Assembly: GCA_039819425.1 (NCBI GenBank)
Contig: JBCBSA010000001.1
Location: forward strand, 1 to 41,640
Source of the DNA: Planctomycetota bacterium
Lineage (GTDB): Bacteria > Planctomycetota > Phycisphaerae > Phycisphaerales > Phycisphaeraceae
DNA: 41,640 nt
Reading direction: 5' to 3'
Of this stretch, positions 28,729 through 37,489 are shown piece by piece. Position 1 is the first letter of the stretch. Every line of letters starts with the position of its first letter. The notes beneath the pieces are model-generated. The model did not search any database. It was not told the origin of the DNA and worked only from the letters and a program-made list of their open reading frames with translations. Made by a program: the position numbers and the translations under genes.

Positions 28729-30282
28729 TTAACGGTCTTGGGCCTGCCAGAGTCGGGCCAACTCCTCGGGCGTGGTCGGCACGGTGCGCAGGCCCGCGGG
28801 ATCGACCGACTCGACGAAGCGGCCGTCGGCGTCGAAGACGACACGGGTGGGGCTCAGTCGGCTGTTGGGGCGGTCGAGCACGAGCCGGCCGCCGTCGGGG
28901 CGAAGCTGAACCTCCACGGTCCGGAGGCCCGGCCGACCGGAACGGGGGTGGTAGGCGGAGAAGCCGTAGACCGCGGGCTCGGGCGGCAGAACGCGGGACA
29001 ACGCCCAGACCTGGATTTGGTTGAGATACGCCGTCTCGGGCACGACCCAAGCCTGCTCGCTGACCCGGCCGCGGAGGTCGTTCCGGGGCCGCTGCCCGAG
29101 GAAACGTTCGTGCTGTTCGATGCGGCGGGCGGTCTCGGTCGGAGCGGGGAACTCCTGGACGACGGTGAGGGCGTTGAGGGTTCGGCCGCGTTCGAGCCGG
29201 TCGCTTCGCACACCGGTCTCGGCCCAGGTCTCGGCGGCGGGGGTTTGGCGGGTCGGTAAGCCGCGCCCCACTCCCGCCGGGTTTCCGACGTGGGGTGTCG
29301 AACGCAGCGACGATTTGCGGTCCCACAATTCCGATCGGCCGTCGTCGGACGCGAAGAGGTTCAGCCGGCTGTCCAACGCCTCCCCCCCGGAAGCGAGGTA
29401 CTCCCGCCGATCGATGCGGACAAACAGCCCCGGCGGGGTGTGGCCCAGGCGGCGGAGTTCATCGGGGTCGGACGTGCTGCGGATGCGGACGTGGCCGACG
29501 TCCCGATCGCCGCGTATCAGCCGGTACCACGCGTCGGTGGGCAACGCCGCACGCCACGCCGCGGGGCTGACCTGTTTCAGCCACGCGTCGCCGGCCTCGA
29601 CCCGCTCCCGCCGGCGGGCGTCGAGGTCCGTCACCAGCGGCACGTCGATGGACGCCAACACCGCGTCGAACGCGGCCCGCCCGGCGGCGTCGGCCTCGGG
29701 CAACGCCTGGTAGTGCAATACCGCCGCGGCGTAGGGCTCGAGCATCACGATCGCCATCGCGTTCCGCCAGGCCCCCGCCGGGTCCTTGCCCTTCGGCGGG
29801 TTGTCCGCCCAGGGCGTCTCGAAGTCCAGCCTGAACCCGGGTCGGTCGGCGATGCGGGTGGGGGCCGGTTTCTCGGGTCGTTCCTGCCCCGCCTGCGTCA
29901 CCAGCCGGGGCCCGGCCTTGGCGAATCCCAGCTGCACCAACGCCCGCTCCGCCGCGTCTTCCAGGGTGATCGGCACCTCGCTGTAGACCAGCTCGAACGT
30001 CATCTTGTAGCCGCCGGGGTGGGCCCAGACAACCGACGGCCCCTCCAGCCGGAGGCTGCCCGGCGGCGGCGTGAGCGATACGCCGTAGTTCAGCTCCGAC
30101 CACCGCGGCGTCGCGTCGGGGTCGGCGGGCGAGGCGGACAAACCGACGGGGACGGTCGGCGGCGGCGTTTCCGGGAGCGGTTCCTGAGCCCAAGCGAACA
30201 GCCCGACGCTCAGGCTGACCGCGCACATGACGCCGTACCCGATCCGCTGCCGTGGCCGATCCGCTCGATTCCTCTTTCTCAT
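28729..30282 (-). CDS. Exported hypothetical protein
   Basis: Basic N-terminus plus hydrophobic signal ending AWA; start ATG 30282 supported by TAAAAT 6 nt upstream. Confidence 0.75.
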   Translation of the reverse strand: MRKRNRADRPRQRIGYGVMCAVSLSVGLFAWAQEPLPETPPPTVPVGLSASPADPDATPRWSELNYGVSLTPPPGSLRLEGPSVVWAHPGGYKMTFELVYSEVPITLEDAAERALVQLGFAKAGPRLVTQAGQERPEKPAPTRIADRPGFRLDFETPWADNPPKGKDPAGAWRNAMAIVMLEPYAAAVLHYQALPEADAAGRAAFDAVLASIDVPLVTDLDARRRERVEAGDAWLKQVSPAAWRAALPTDAWYRLIRGDRDVGHVRIRSTSDPDELRRLGHTPPGLFVRIDRREYLASGGEALDSRLNLFASDDGRSELWDRKSSLRSTPHVGNPAGVGRGLPTRQTPAAETWAETGVRSDRLERGRTLNALTVVQEFPAPTETARRIEQHERFLGQRPRNDLRGRVSEQAWVVPETAYLNQIQVWALSRVLPPEPAVYGFSAYHPRSGRPGLRTVEVQLRPDGGRLVLDRPNSRLSPTRVVFDADGRFVESVDPAGLRTVPTTPEELARLWQAQDR

Positions 30283-30288
30283 CGACAC

Positions 30289-30294
30289 ATTTTA
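30289..30294 (-). promoter_or_regulatory. Putative -10 box (TAAAAT), leaderless
   Basis: TAAAAT-gtgtcg-ATG(30282). Confidence 0.55.
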
Positions 30295-30325
30295 TCCCGA
30301 CCCCGATCCGGGAGCCGTTCCCGCC

Positions 30326-30985
30326 TCACGACACCGGATCGTAGCTCACGCCGTCCACCCAGCGACGGAGCCGCTCGAGGTGCTCGGCTTCCATCTGACG
30401 GTCCCACCGCTCGACCGGCACCGGGTTCGTGAACCGGTAGACCCAGTACCGCCGACGGTCGGGGGTGAAGACCGCGATCGCGTTCAGTTCAGGCGGCGTC
30501 GGGGCCTGCGCGATCCGCTGGCTGGTAAACACCAGGTCGACCAGCGCCCCGCCCCGGGAGAGAGACGGCGATCGGTCGTTGAGGCGGAACGGCCGGCGTT
30601 CCTCGGGCGTCACCCGGACGCTGCGCCGCACCATCGACGACGCCACCGCCCGCCCGATCACCTGCGTCGGCTCCACCGGCTCGGCGAAGGTCAGCCGCCA
30701 CACCGTCAGGCGCTGGGCCGGAGCCGTCGTGTTCACGAACGACCACCGCGGGCTGGCACCGCCGGGCGTGCTGGCTTCGTCGTCGAACACCCACGTGCCG
30801 GGCAGCTCCAACGTCGCGCCGCCGATCGACGCCCGCACCGGCTCGGGTCCGGCACCGCCCATCCATTTCGCCCCGGTCAGCCACGACGACAGCCCCAGCG
30901 ACCCGGCCAACAGCCCGAGCATCAGCACCGCGACCGCCGCCGATCGGCCGGCGGGAGACGCGATGAGGGGGGCCTTGCGGGACAT
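30326..30985 (-). CDS. Membrane-anchored hypothetical protein
   Basis: MSRKAP start, TM AVAVLMLGLLAGSLGLSSWL, TLELPGTW. Confidence 0.7.
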   Translation of the reverse strand: MSRKAPLIASPAGRSAAVAVLMLGLLAGSLGLSSWLTGAKWMGGAGPEPVRASIGGATLELPGTWVFDDEASTPGGASPRWSFVNTTAPAQRLTVWRLTFAEPVEPTQVIGRAVASSMVRRSVRVTPEERRPFRLNDRSPSLSRGGALVDLVFTSQRIAQAPTPPELNAIAVFTPDRRRYWVYRFTNPVPVERWDRQMEAEHLERLRRWVDGVSYDPVS

Positions 30986-30991
30986 CGATGA

Positions 30992-30997
30992 ATCGTA
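30992..30997 (-). promoter_or_regulatory. Putative -10 box (TACGAT), leaderless
   Basis: TACGAT-tcatcg-ATG(30985). Confidence 0.55.
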
Positions 30998-31184
30998 ACC
31001 GTGGGGGCACAAAGCCACCAGCGGCGCTGCGGAAAGCAAGTTGCCGCGGTAGCCGGGGTTCGAGGGCGTTGCCGCTTCACGTTTATCGGGAGAAGAGCAG
31101 CGTCCCGCGGTCTACGGGCAAGGACGGCGTCGCCTCAGCCGCTCAACATGGGGCGGGGCCGTTCACGGAAGCGACCGGGGAAAA

Positions 31185-33293
31185 CTATTCACCGCCCAGC
31201 AGGATCGTGATGCGAATGGTGAACGGGCCGTCCATGCGCTCGAGGCGGGAGCCGGTGGCGACCCAGCGGTAGAGGCTGGTGAGGATGGGCGCGTCGACGT
31301 TGTCGAAGCCGGTCGAGGTTTCGAGCCGGGCGTCGAGGACGGTACCGTCGGCGGGGTCGAAGGTGATAACGGCGACGGGGTTGCGGGGGATGGCCGAGAC
31401 ACGGGCCGCGGCGGAGAAGCGGGGGCGGAAGGTGCGGACCTCCAGGCCCGGGCCGACGAGCACGCCGCCGGGGCGGACGGTGTCGCTGTCGACGAGGGCG
31501 GTGGGGTCGGCCTCGCGGTCGCTGCGGGGAGCGGCCGTGGGTTTTTCGCCGTCGCGGGGCTCGGGGACGCGGCGGGGCGTGGGCGGCGGGGCCTGGGCCT
31601 GAGTCGGCGTGGTCGCTGGGCTGCCCACGGCGTCACGCTCGGCGTCACCGGCCCGGTCGATCGGGCCGGCCGGTGCGACGGGGAGGTTTCCGGGGGAGTC
31701 GGCGGTCGGCACGGGGCGGGTCGATGAGGCGGCGGTCTGCTGCGACGCGGGGGTGGCCGTCTCGGCCGGACGATCGGTCGGCGGGGTCGGGCGCGTCGGC
31801 GTCGTGCTCGCCTCGGCCGCGTCGTCGGGGTCACGCTCCAGCGACGCGTCCGGCGTCGGGTCGGCCCGCTCCTGCACCAACGGTTGAAGCGTCACCGCCT
31901 CCCGCGACCGCAGCTCCTCGAACGCGTCGTGCGCGATCCACGCCACCGTCACCCGCGCCGGCTCGTCTTCCCGGCCGAGTTCCAGGTCCTCCGCCTCGAG
32001 CTGCTCATCCGGCGTCCGCACCGCGAAGGCCAACGCCAGCGTGTTGTTGTCCTCGTATCGGCCTTCGGCGATGTCGTCCTCGTCGTCCGTCGAGAGGATG
32101 AGAAACATCTGCGACGACGCCACCGTGTCTTGCTCAATCACCACGCCGTGCGGCCCGCTGGTGTAGCCACCGACCCCCGCTAGTGGGGCCATCCGCGGCA
32201 CGCTCAGCAGCACCGCGTCGTCCTCCGACAGCACGTCGTCGTCCGACAGGTACACGCGGTCGCCCCAGACCGTGTCGCCCGTCGGCCGGGGGCTGCGGTT
32301 GACGACGTTGAAACGCAGCGGCGTGACCTCGCCCAGCGTCACTTCGTCGGGGAAGTCCACCGCCCCGATCGCCAAGTCCGGCCCGGTCGCCGGCTCGATG
32401 CGGAGCGGCACCGACCGCGTCGCGCCGGTGCCGGCGTCGGTCTGAACGACGAGGCGGTACGCACCGGGCGTAAGATTCAACGGCAACCGCGCCTCGGCTT
32501 GCGGCACCGTCGTCGAATCGCCCGGAGCGAGCGGCCTCCGTCGTGGAACACGGCGGAGCAACAGGTCTTGATCGGGTTGAAGGGTTTGGTCCGCGGACAG
32601 CCAAGCCGTATCGGTCCACCCCGCCGCGGCCCAGCCCGCGTCGACGGCGTTGGTCAGCGTGTAGCCCACCGGCAGCAGCCCCCCCGCCACCGCCGCGGCC
32701 GGCGCGTCGATGGCCGACACGCTCACGTCGGCCGGCCGAGCCGATTCGATGAACACCGACGTCGACGCCACCGCCGGCTCGGCGTCGTCGGCCGTCACCC
32801 GAACCACCAGGAACCACGGCCCGTCCGCGTCCCGCGGGAGTATGGCGGTTTGTCTGACATCGAGGCCATCACCCGCGGCCAAGGGTGCCGACGAGCCCGG
32901 CTGCGTGTCGTTTGCCGCGAACGCAAGCCGCCGGTCTTGGGCCTCATCAAACTCCCGGTCGCGCGACAGCCACAGCGACCAGGTCAGCCCGTCCGCGTCG
33001 ACCGCCCCGCGGTTTTCGACGCGGAACCGAGCCGGCAACGATCCCGCCTGCGTCGCAGACGCCGACGGGTCCACCCAGGCCGCCACCAACTCGGCCCGCG
33101 GCCGATCGGCCTCGCCGCCACCGGCCCGCGCGACCACGCCCGCGCCCCACGGCAACAACGACGCGTGCAAAGCGACCGCGGCGAAGAATGCCAGGGCTAG
33201 CGGGACGGAAGGATGTCGCATGATCGGGTGCCGTGGCGACCGGCGATCGTTGACCGCCGGCGAGTCTCCGTCTTCAGTCCCATGCCAGATCAC
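31185..33293 (-). CDS. TonB-like energy transducer with about three CARDB-like Ig domains
   Basis: TM with His (FAAVALHASLL), three units with V.N.G / W.D.(V/A)(Y/W)LS.D / PL..G / Y.L.V..D, E..E.NN, Pro/Thr linker, TonB_C-like end DGTVLDARLETSTGFDNVDAPIL..LYRW; GTG 33293 overlaps the exbD stop (alternative ATG 33221). Confidence 0.72.
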   Translation of the reverse strand: MIWHGTEDGDSPAVNDRRSPRHPIMRHPSVPLALAFFAAVALHASLLPWGAGVVARAGGGEADRPRAELVAAWVDPSASATQAGSLPARFRVENRGAVDADGLTWSLWLSRDREFDEAQDRRLAFAANDTQPGSSAPLAAGDGLDVRQTAILPRDADGPWFLVVRVTADDAEPAVASTSVFIESARPADVSVSAIDAPAAAVAGGLLPVGYTLTNAVDAGWAAAGWTDTAWLSADQTLQPDQDLLLRRVPRRRPLAPGDSTTVPQAEARLPLNLTPGAYRLVVQTDAGTGATRSVPLRIEPATGPDLAIGAVDFPDEVTLGEVTPLRFNVVNRSPRPTGDTVWGDRVYLSDDDVLSEDDAVLLSVPRMAPLAGVGGYTSGPHGVVIEQDTVASSQMFLILSTDDEDDIAEGRYEDNNTLALAFAVRTPDEQLEAEDLELGREDEPARVTVAWIAHDAFEELRSREAVTLQPLVQERADPTPDASLERDPDDAAEASTTPTRPTPPTDRPAETATPASQQTAASSTRPVPTADSPGNLPVAPAGPIDRAGDAERDAVGSPATTPTQAQAPPPTPRRVPEPRDGEKPTAAPRSDREADPTALVDSDTVRPGGVLVGPGLEVRTFRPRFSAAARVSAIPRNPVAVITFDPADGTVLDARLETSTGFDNVDAPILTSLYRWVATGSRLERMDGPFTIRITILLGGE

Positions 33294-33715
33294 CGTCCTG
33301 CGTCGTCGGGCGGGCCCACGATCACCAGCCGATCCATCCCGAACCGCTCGGCCCGCTGCAGCAGGTCCCACACCACCGGCCCGCGGTCGCCGGTCCCCTC
33401 GGCGGCCAGCGTGACATACAAAGGCTCGCCCGCCGGGTCGGCCGCCAGGTCACGCAGCAGGGCGTCGAGCCCGCCGGCGTCGATCGGCTCGCCGTCGTAG
33501 GCGAACCCCCCCTCCGCGTCGATCGTCAACAGCTGCACCGCGCCCACCCCCGGCGACCCGCCGGTGGATACCGGGGCTAGCCCAACCGACAACGCATCGG
33601 CCCGGATCATGACCACAAAGCTGTAAATAAAGAACGTCAGCAGCAGGAACACCACGTCCAGCAGCGGCATCATCTCGAGGCGGGGGGCGAAATCGTAACG
33701 GCGGCGGGCCGACAT
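33290..33715 (-). CDS. exbD: Biopolymer transport protein ExbD/TolR
   Basis: LEMMPLLDVVFLLLTFFI TM with conserved Asp; periplasmic LTIDAEG domain. Confidence 0.9.
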   Translation of the reverse strand: MSARRRYDFAPRLEMMPLLDVVFLLLTFFIYSFVVMIRADALSVGLAPVSTGGSPGVGAVQLLTIDAEGGFAYDGEPIDAGGLDALLRDLAADPAGEPLYVTLAAEGTGDRGPVVWDLLQRAERFGMDRLVIVGPPDDAGR

Positions 33716-33721
33716 ACAGGC

Positions 33722-33727
33722 ATGTTA
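33722..33727 (-). promoter_or_regulatory. Putative -10 box (TAACAT), leaderless exbD
   Basis: TAACAT-gcctgt-ATG(33715). Confidence 0.55.
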
Positions 33728-33785
33728 CCGACCTGCGCCGATGGGCTGCGTTGCCGGCAGATGCTCGATTGGAACTCGAAGCCGT

Positions 33786-33841
33786 AAAAAAGCCCCTGAT
33801 CGCCGGGGGGGTCCGGTTAGGTAGCGATCAGGGGCCACAGT
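33786..33841 (-). ncRNA. Candidate small RNA: single hairpin with C-rich loop ending in an intrinsic terminator
   Basis: Perfect 12-bp stem GCCCCTGATCGC/GCGATCAGGGGC (33792-33835), 20-nt loop with C7, T6 tail, TAGACT at 33853-33848; no ORF to terminate. Confidence 0.4.
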
Positions 33842-34054
33842 ATTCTTAGTCTATACAAATGTTAGGCAGCAATCACGGGTTAGCCCTCATGCCGATCGAT
33901 TAATCTGGAGATGTGGTATCAGATTTTAACCCAAACAGACATTTAAAGAACTGGAATGTCCAGTATCGGTTAAGTACTTCACGAACTGTTGCCTTTTAGT
34001 GCCATCATATCGGCACGGCCCGCAAATTTTATGTACTCGTTTTCTTTTATTGCC

Positions 34055-35368
34055 ATGAACCACACCAAGATGCGTCGGGAACTGGGGCTGGGGGCGGCGG
34101 TGATGCTGGGATTGGGGTCCATGATGGGAGCGGGCGTCTTCGTGAGCTTGGGCCTGGGGGCGGGGCTGGCCGGGCCGGCGGTGCTGGGGGCGATTGTGGT
34201 CGCCGGGGGGCTGGCGATGTGCAACGGGCTGTCGTCGGCGCAGCTGGCGGCCCGTCACCCCGTGGCGGGTGGGACGTATGAGTACGCCCACCGCGTGGGC
34301 TGGCCGGGGCTGGGCGTGGTGGCGGGGTTCATGTTCCTGGTGGCCAAGTCGGCGTCGGCGGCGACGGCGGCGCTCGGGATGGCGGGGTATGTGCTGGGCC
34401 GCGTCGCCCCGGGCCACGCCCCGGGGCTGGTCGTGGCCGGGGCGTTGGCGGTGGTGGTGATGCTGACGGTGATGGTGCTGGAGGGGATCCGGCGGACCAA
34501 CGCGGTGAACACCGCGATCGTATCGGTGACGCTGGTGGGGTTGGCGGTGTTCGTGGCGGCGGGGTGGGGTGGGGTCGACGCCGAGCGGTTCACGCCGTTC
34601 ATCGTGACCGGGGCGAACAACACTTCCGGGAGCGGGGCATGGCGCGACCTCCCCTACGCCGCGGCTTTGATGTTCGTGGCGTACACCGGGTACGGCCGGA
34701 TCGCGACGCTGGGCGAAGAGGTCAAGTCGCCGCGGACGACGATCCCCAAAGCGATCGTGGCGACGGTCGTCGTCTGCGTAGCGGTGTACGTCGCGGTGGC
34801 CGCGACGGGGGTGGGGCTGGTGGGGGCGACGCGGTTCGGGGAGTTGGCGCGGGGCGGAGCGCCGCTGGAGGCGATCGCGGCGGAGGCGGGGCTGCCCGGT
34901 TGGGTGGCGTGGGCGGTGACGGCGGCGGCGGTGACGGCGATGCTGGGCGTGATCCTGAACCTGCTTCTCGGGCTGTCGCGGGTGGCCCTGGCGATGGGCA
35001 GACGCGGCCACTTCCCCAAGCTCTTTGCCCGCGTGGACGAAGCAAGCTCGACGCCCGGCCCGGCGACGGTGGGGGTCGCCGTCATCATCGCCGGGCTCGT
35101 CGCGGTCGGCTCGATCCGGGCGGCGTGGTCGGTCTCGGCCGTGACGGTGCTGATCTACTACGCGATCACCAACGCGGCGGCCCTGCGCCTGCCGCCGGAC
35201 GCCCGGCTGTACCCGCGAGCGTTCTCGTGGTTAGGCTTGATCGGGTGTCTGGGGTTGGCGGTGTTCGTCGAGCCGGTGTACTGGATCGCCGGCGGCGGGA
35301 TGCTGGCCGTGGCGACGGGGTGGCACCTGGCGACGCGCGGCCGGGCCGACGTCTCGGCGGGCTCATAA
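34055..35368 (+). CDS. APC-family amino acid permease
   Basis: LGLGSMMGAGVF, AQLAARHPVAGGTYEY, FVAYTGYGRIATLGEEVKSP; about 12 TM segments. Confidence 0.9.
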   Translation: MNHTKMRRELGLGAAVMLGLGSMMGAGVFVSLGLGAGLAGPAVLGAIVVAGGLAMCNGLSSAQLAARHPVAGGTYEYAHRVGWPGLGVVAGFMFLVAKSASAATAALGMAGYVLGRVAPGHAPGLVVAGALAVVVMLTVMVLEGIRRTNAVNTAIVSVTLVGLAVFVAAGWGGVDAERFTPFIVTGANNTSGSGAWRDLPYAAALMFVAYTGYGRIATLGEEVKSPRTTIPKAIVATVVVCVAVYVAVAATGVGLVGATRFGELARGGAPLEAIAAEAGLPGWVAWAVTAAAVTAMLGVILNLLLGLSRVALAMGRRGHFPKLFARVDEASSTPGPATVGVAVIIAGLVAVGSIRAAWSVSAVTVLIYYAITNAAALRLPPDARLYPRAFSWLGLIGCLGLAVFVEPVYWIAGGGMLAVATGWHLATRGRADVSAGS

Positions 35369-35394
35369 AGACCGATGTCTACGTCGGGGATTGA

Positions 35395-35826
35395 TCAGCT
35401 GACTAATCGCAACGCGAACGGGTACTTGTAGTGCTCTCCGTTGTTCGCCTTGACCGCGGCCACGATCATCAGCACCAGCGCCACGATCCCCAGCGCGATG
35501 ATCAAGAAGATCCCGATGATAATGAACACGAGCGGGATGCAGCAGACAAACGCGATCGCCACGGTGATCTGAAAGTTCAGTGACTCTTTACCCTGCTCGT
35601 CGACAAAGGGCATCGTGTCTTTCTTGATCAGCCAAACGACCAGCGGCCCGATGATGCTGCCGAACGGGATGACGTAACCCGCCAGCGCCGAGAGGTGCGA
35701 CAGCATCGCCCAGGTGCGTTCTTCCTGGGGGATACCCACGGCCGAGTCGGGGCGATCGGGCAGGGTCCCGGACGCGGGTTCGGCTTCGGGCGCGGGGGTG
35801 GAGGCGGGTTCGCTGGACTCGTTCAT
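35395..35826 (-). CDS. DUF4870-domain membrane protein
   Basis: ERTWAMLSHLS, GPLVVWLIKKD..FVDEQGKESLNFQIT, YKYPF. Confidence 0.9.
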   Translation of the reverse strand: MNESSEPASTPAPEAEPASGTLPDRPDSAVGIPQEERTWAMLSHLSALAGYVIPFGSIIGPLVVWLIKKDTMPFVDEQGKESLNFQITVAIAFVCCIPLVFIIIGIFLIIALGIVALVLMIVAAVKANNGEHYKYPFALRLVS

Positions 35827-35931
35827 GGCGGGACTCTCTCGATAGACGGTGGTTCGTTCGGCGGGCCACGGCAATCTACCCCACGCCGGGCTCGACGCAA
35901 AGGCCAACGGGTCTCTTATCGTTTGGCGTCG

Positions 35932-36981
35932 TCAGCTCTCGGGCAGGCCGTAGGTCTTCGCCGCGGCGTTGACGAGACGGTCGGGCGGGGGCGATCCGGT
36001 GATGGACCGGGTGATGCGGACGACGTGGGGGTGGGAGTTTTCGATGTAGAGCTTGAAGGCGTGCTGGGTGCCGGCGGCGGCGGTGCCGGCGACGTAGAGG
36101 TCGGGCACGTCGGTCATCATCGTCGCCGGGTCGTGACGCGGGGCGCGGTTACCGCCTTCGAGGGTGACGCCGGCCGACTCGAACAGGGACTTGTCCTGGG
36201 TGTAGCCGGTCAGCAGGAGGACGGCGTCGGCTTCAAGCTCGCGATGGTCGTCGGGGTTGTCTACGGACGCCAGCGTGACGTGGCGATCGGTGATGGCCTC
36301 CGGGACGGTGCGGGGGTGGAACCCGATCTGGCCGTGGGCGATGAGGGCGTCGATCTCGGGGGTAAGCCAATACTTGATGGCATCCGGGTCGAACTCCTCG
36401 CCGCGGTAGCTGATGGACACCTCGGCCCCGGCCCGCTCGCAGCGCAAAGCCGCCTCGACCGCCGAGTTCTTGCCGCCGACGATCAAGAGCTTCTGGCGGA
36501 AGTAACGGTGCGGCTCGTCCAAGTAGTGCGAGACGTGGGGCAGGTCTTCGCCGGGGATGTCGAGGAGGCGGGGGTGGTGCATGTCGCCGATGGCGAGCAC
36601 GACACGGGCGGCGTCGAGGGTCGCGCGGGTGGTGGTCACGGTGAAGCGACCCGCGTCGGGATTGCGTTCGACGGCGATCACACGCTCGAACGTGCGCACC
36701 GGCAGGTCGAACTGCCGGGCCACGCCGTGGAGGTAGGCCAAATACTGCTCGCGGGTGGCCTTGCGTTGGTCGGGCGTGTTCAGCGGCACGCCGGCGATCG
36801 CGATGCGGTCGGGGCTGGAGAAGTAGGTCGTCTGCTTGGGGTAGTCCGACACCGTCTGGCCGACCTGCCCCGCGTCGATCTGGAGCGTGTCCACCCCTGC
36901 GTGGCGTAGGCACACCGCCAGCTCGAGCCCGATGGGCCCGGCCCCGACGATCAGCGTGTCGGTCGAAAGGGTTTCGCTCAC
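35932..36981 (-). CDS. YpdA-like NAD(P)/FAD-dependent disulfide oxidoreductase
   Basis: IVGAGPIG, TREQYLAY, LDIPGEDLPHVSHY, VGGKNSAVEAAL, IKYW, LLTGY, YIENS. Confidence 0.85.
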   Translation of the reverse strand: MSETLSTDTLIVGAGPIGLELAVCLRHAGVDTLQIDAGQVGQTVSDYPKQTTYFSSPDRIAIAGVPLNTPDQRKATREQYLAYLHGVARQFDLPVRTFERVIAVERNPDAGRFTVTTTRATLDAARVVLAIGDMHHPRLLDIPGEDLPHVSHYLDEPHRYFRQKLLIVGGKNSAVEAALRCERAGAEVSISYRGEEFDPDAIKYWLTPEIDALIAHGQIGFHPRTVPEAITDRHVTLASVDNPDDHRELEADAVLLLTGYTQDKSLFESAGVTLEGGNRAPRHDPATMMTDVPDLYVAGTAAAGTQHAFKLYIENSHPHVVRITRSITGSPPPDRLVNAAAKTYGLPES

Positions 36982-37397
36982 GCCGCGATTCTAGTTGGCC
37001 CGGGGCCGTCGTTCGCGTCGGGCGTTTCGGCTTGGTGGCCGTCGGCGATGATCAACAGGTCGGCGTCGATCCGCCGCTCGACCCGAGCGATGCGCATCCG
37101 CAGCCCGCGCAGCGCGCCGGGCCCGAGGTACTTCAGTTTCCGACAGATCACCCCGGCGGTGCCCAGCTCACGCAGCGCCGCGAGCGCGGCCTCGTACTGT
37201 TTCCCCGCGTCGGTGTCGTCTTCACGCCCGTCGGCGTCGGCCAGGCGTTGGGCCGCCGCCGTCGCCGACCGCCGCATCGCCGCGGCGAGCCCCGACTTCT
37301 CCTCCGCCGGCAGCCGGCCCGTCAGCCGGTGGACCCACACCGTCAGCGTCACCGCTTCTCGCCAGCACGCCGAGGACTCGTAAGCCGGACGGGGCAT
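36978..37397 (-). CDS. Four-helix-bundle protein (23S rRNA IVP-like family)
   Basis: W.EA..L...V..LT..LP.EEK.GL...MRRSA pattern; stop overlaps the ypdA-like GTG. Confidence 0.75.
   Translation of the reverse strand: MPRPAYESSACWREAVTLTVWVHRLTGRLPAEEKSGLAAAMRRSATAAAQRLADADGREDDTDAGKQYEAALAALRELGTAGVICRKLKYLGPGALRGLRMRIARVERRIDADLLIIADGHQAETPDANDGPGPTRIAA
36988..36993 (-). promoter_or_regulatory. Putative -10 box (TAGAAT) inside the upstream gene, leaderless ypdA-like gene
   Basis: TAGAAT-cgcggc-GTG(36981). Confidence 0.5.
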
Positions 37398-37489
37398 CCA
37401 CGGTTTTATCGACGAGCGGCGCAGGCGGGGCGAGGTGCGGGCTCGGTTATCGGGCGGCCACGCCGCCGTTCCGGACGTTATCCCCAGAG

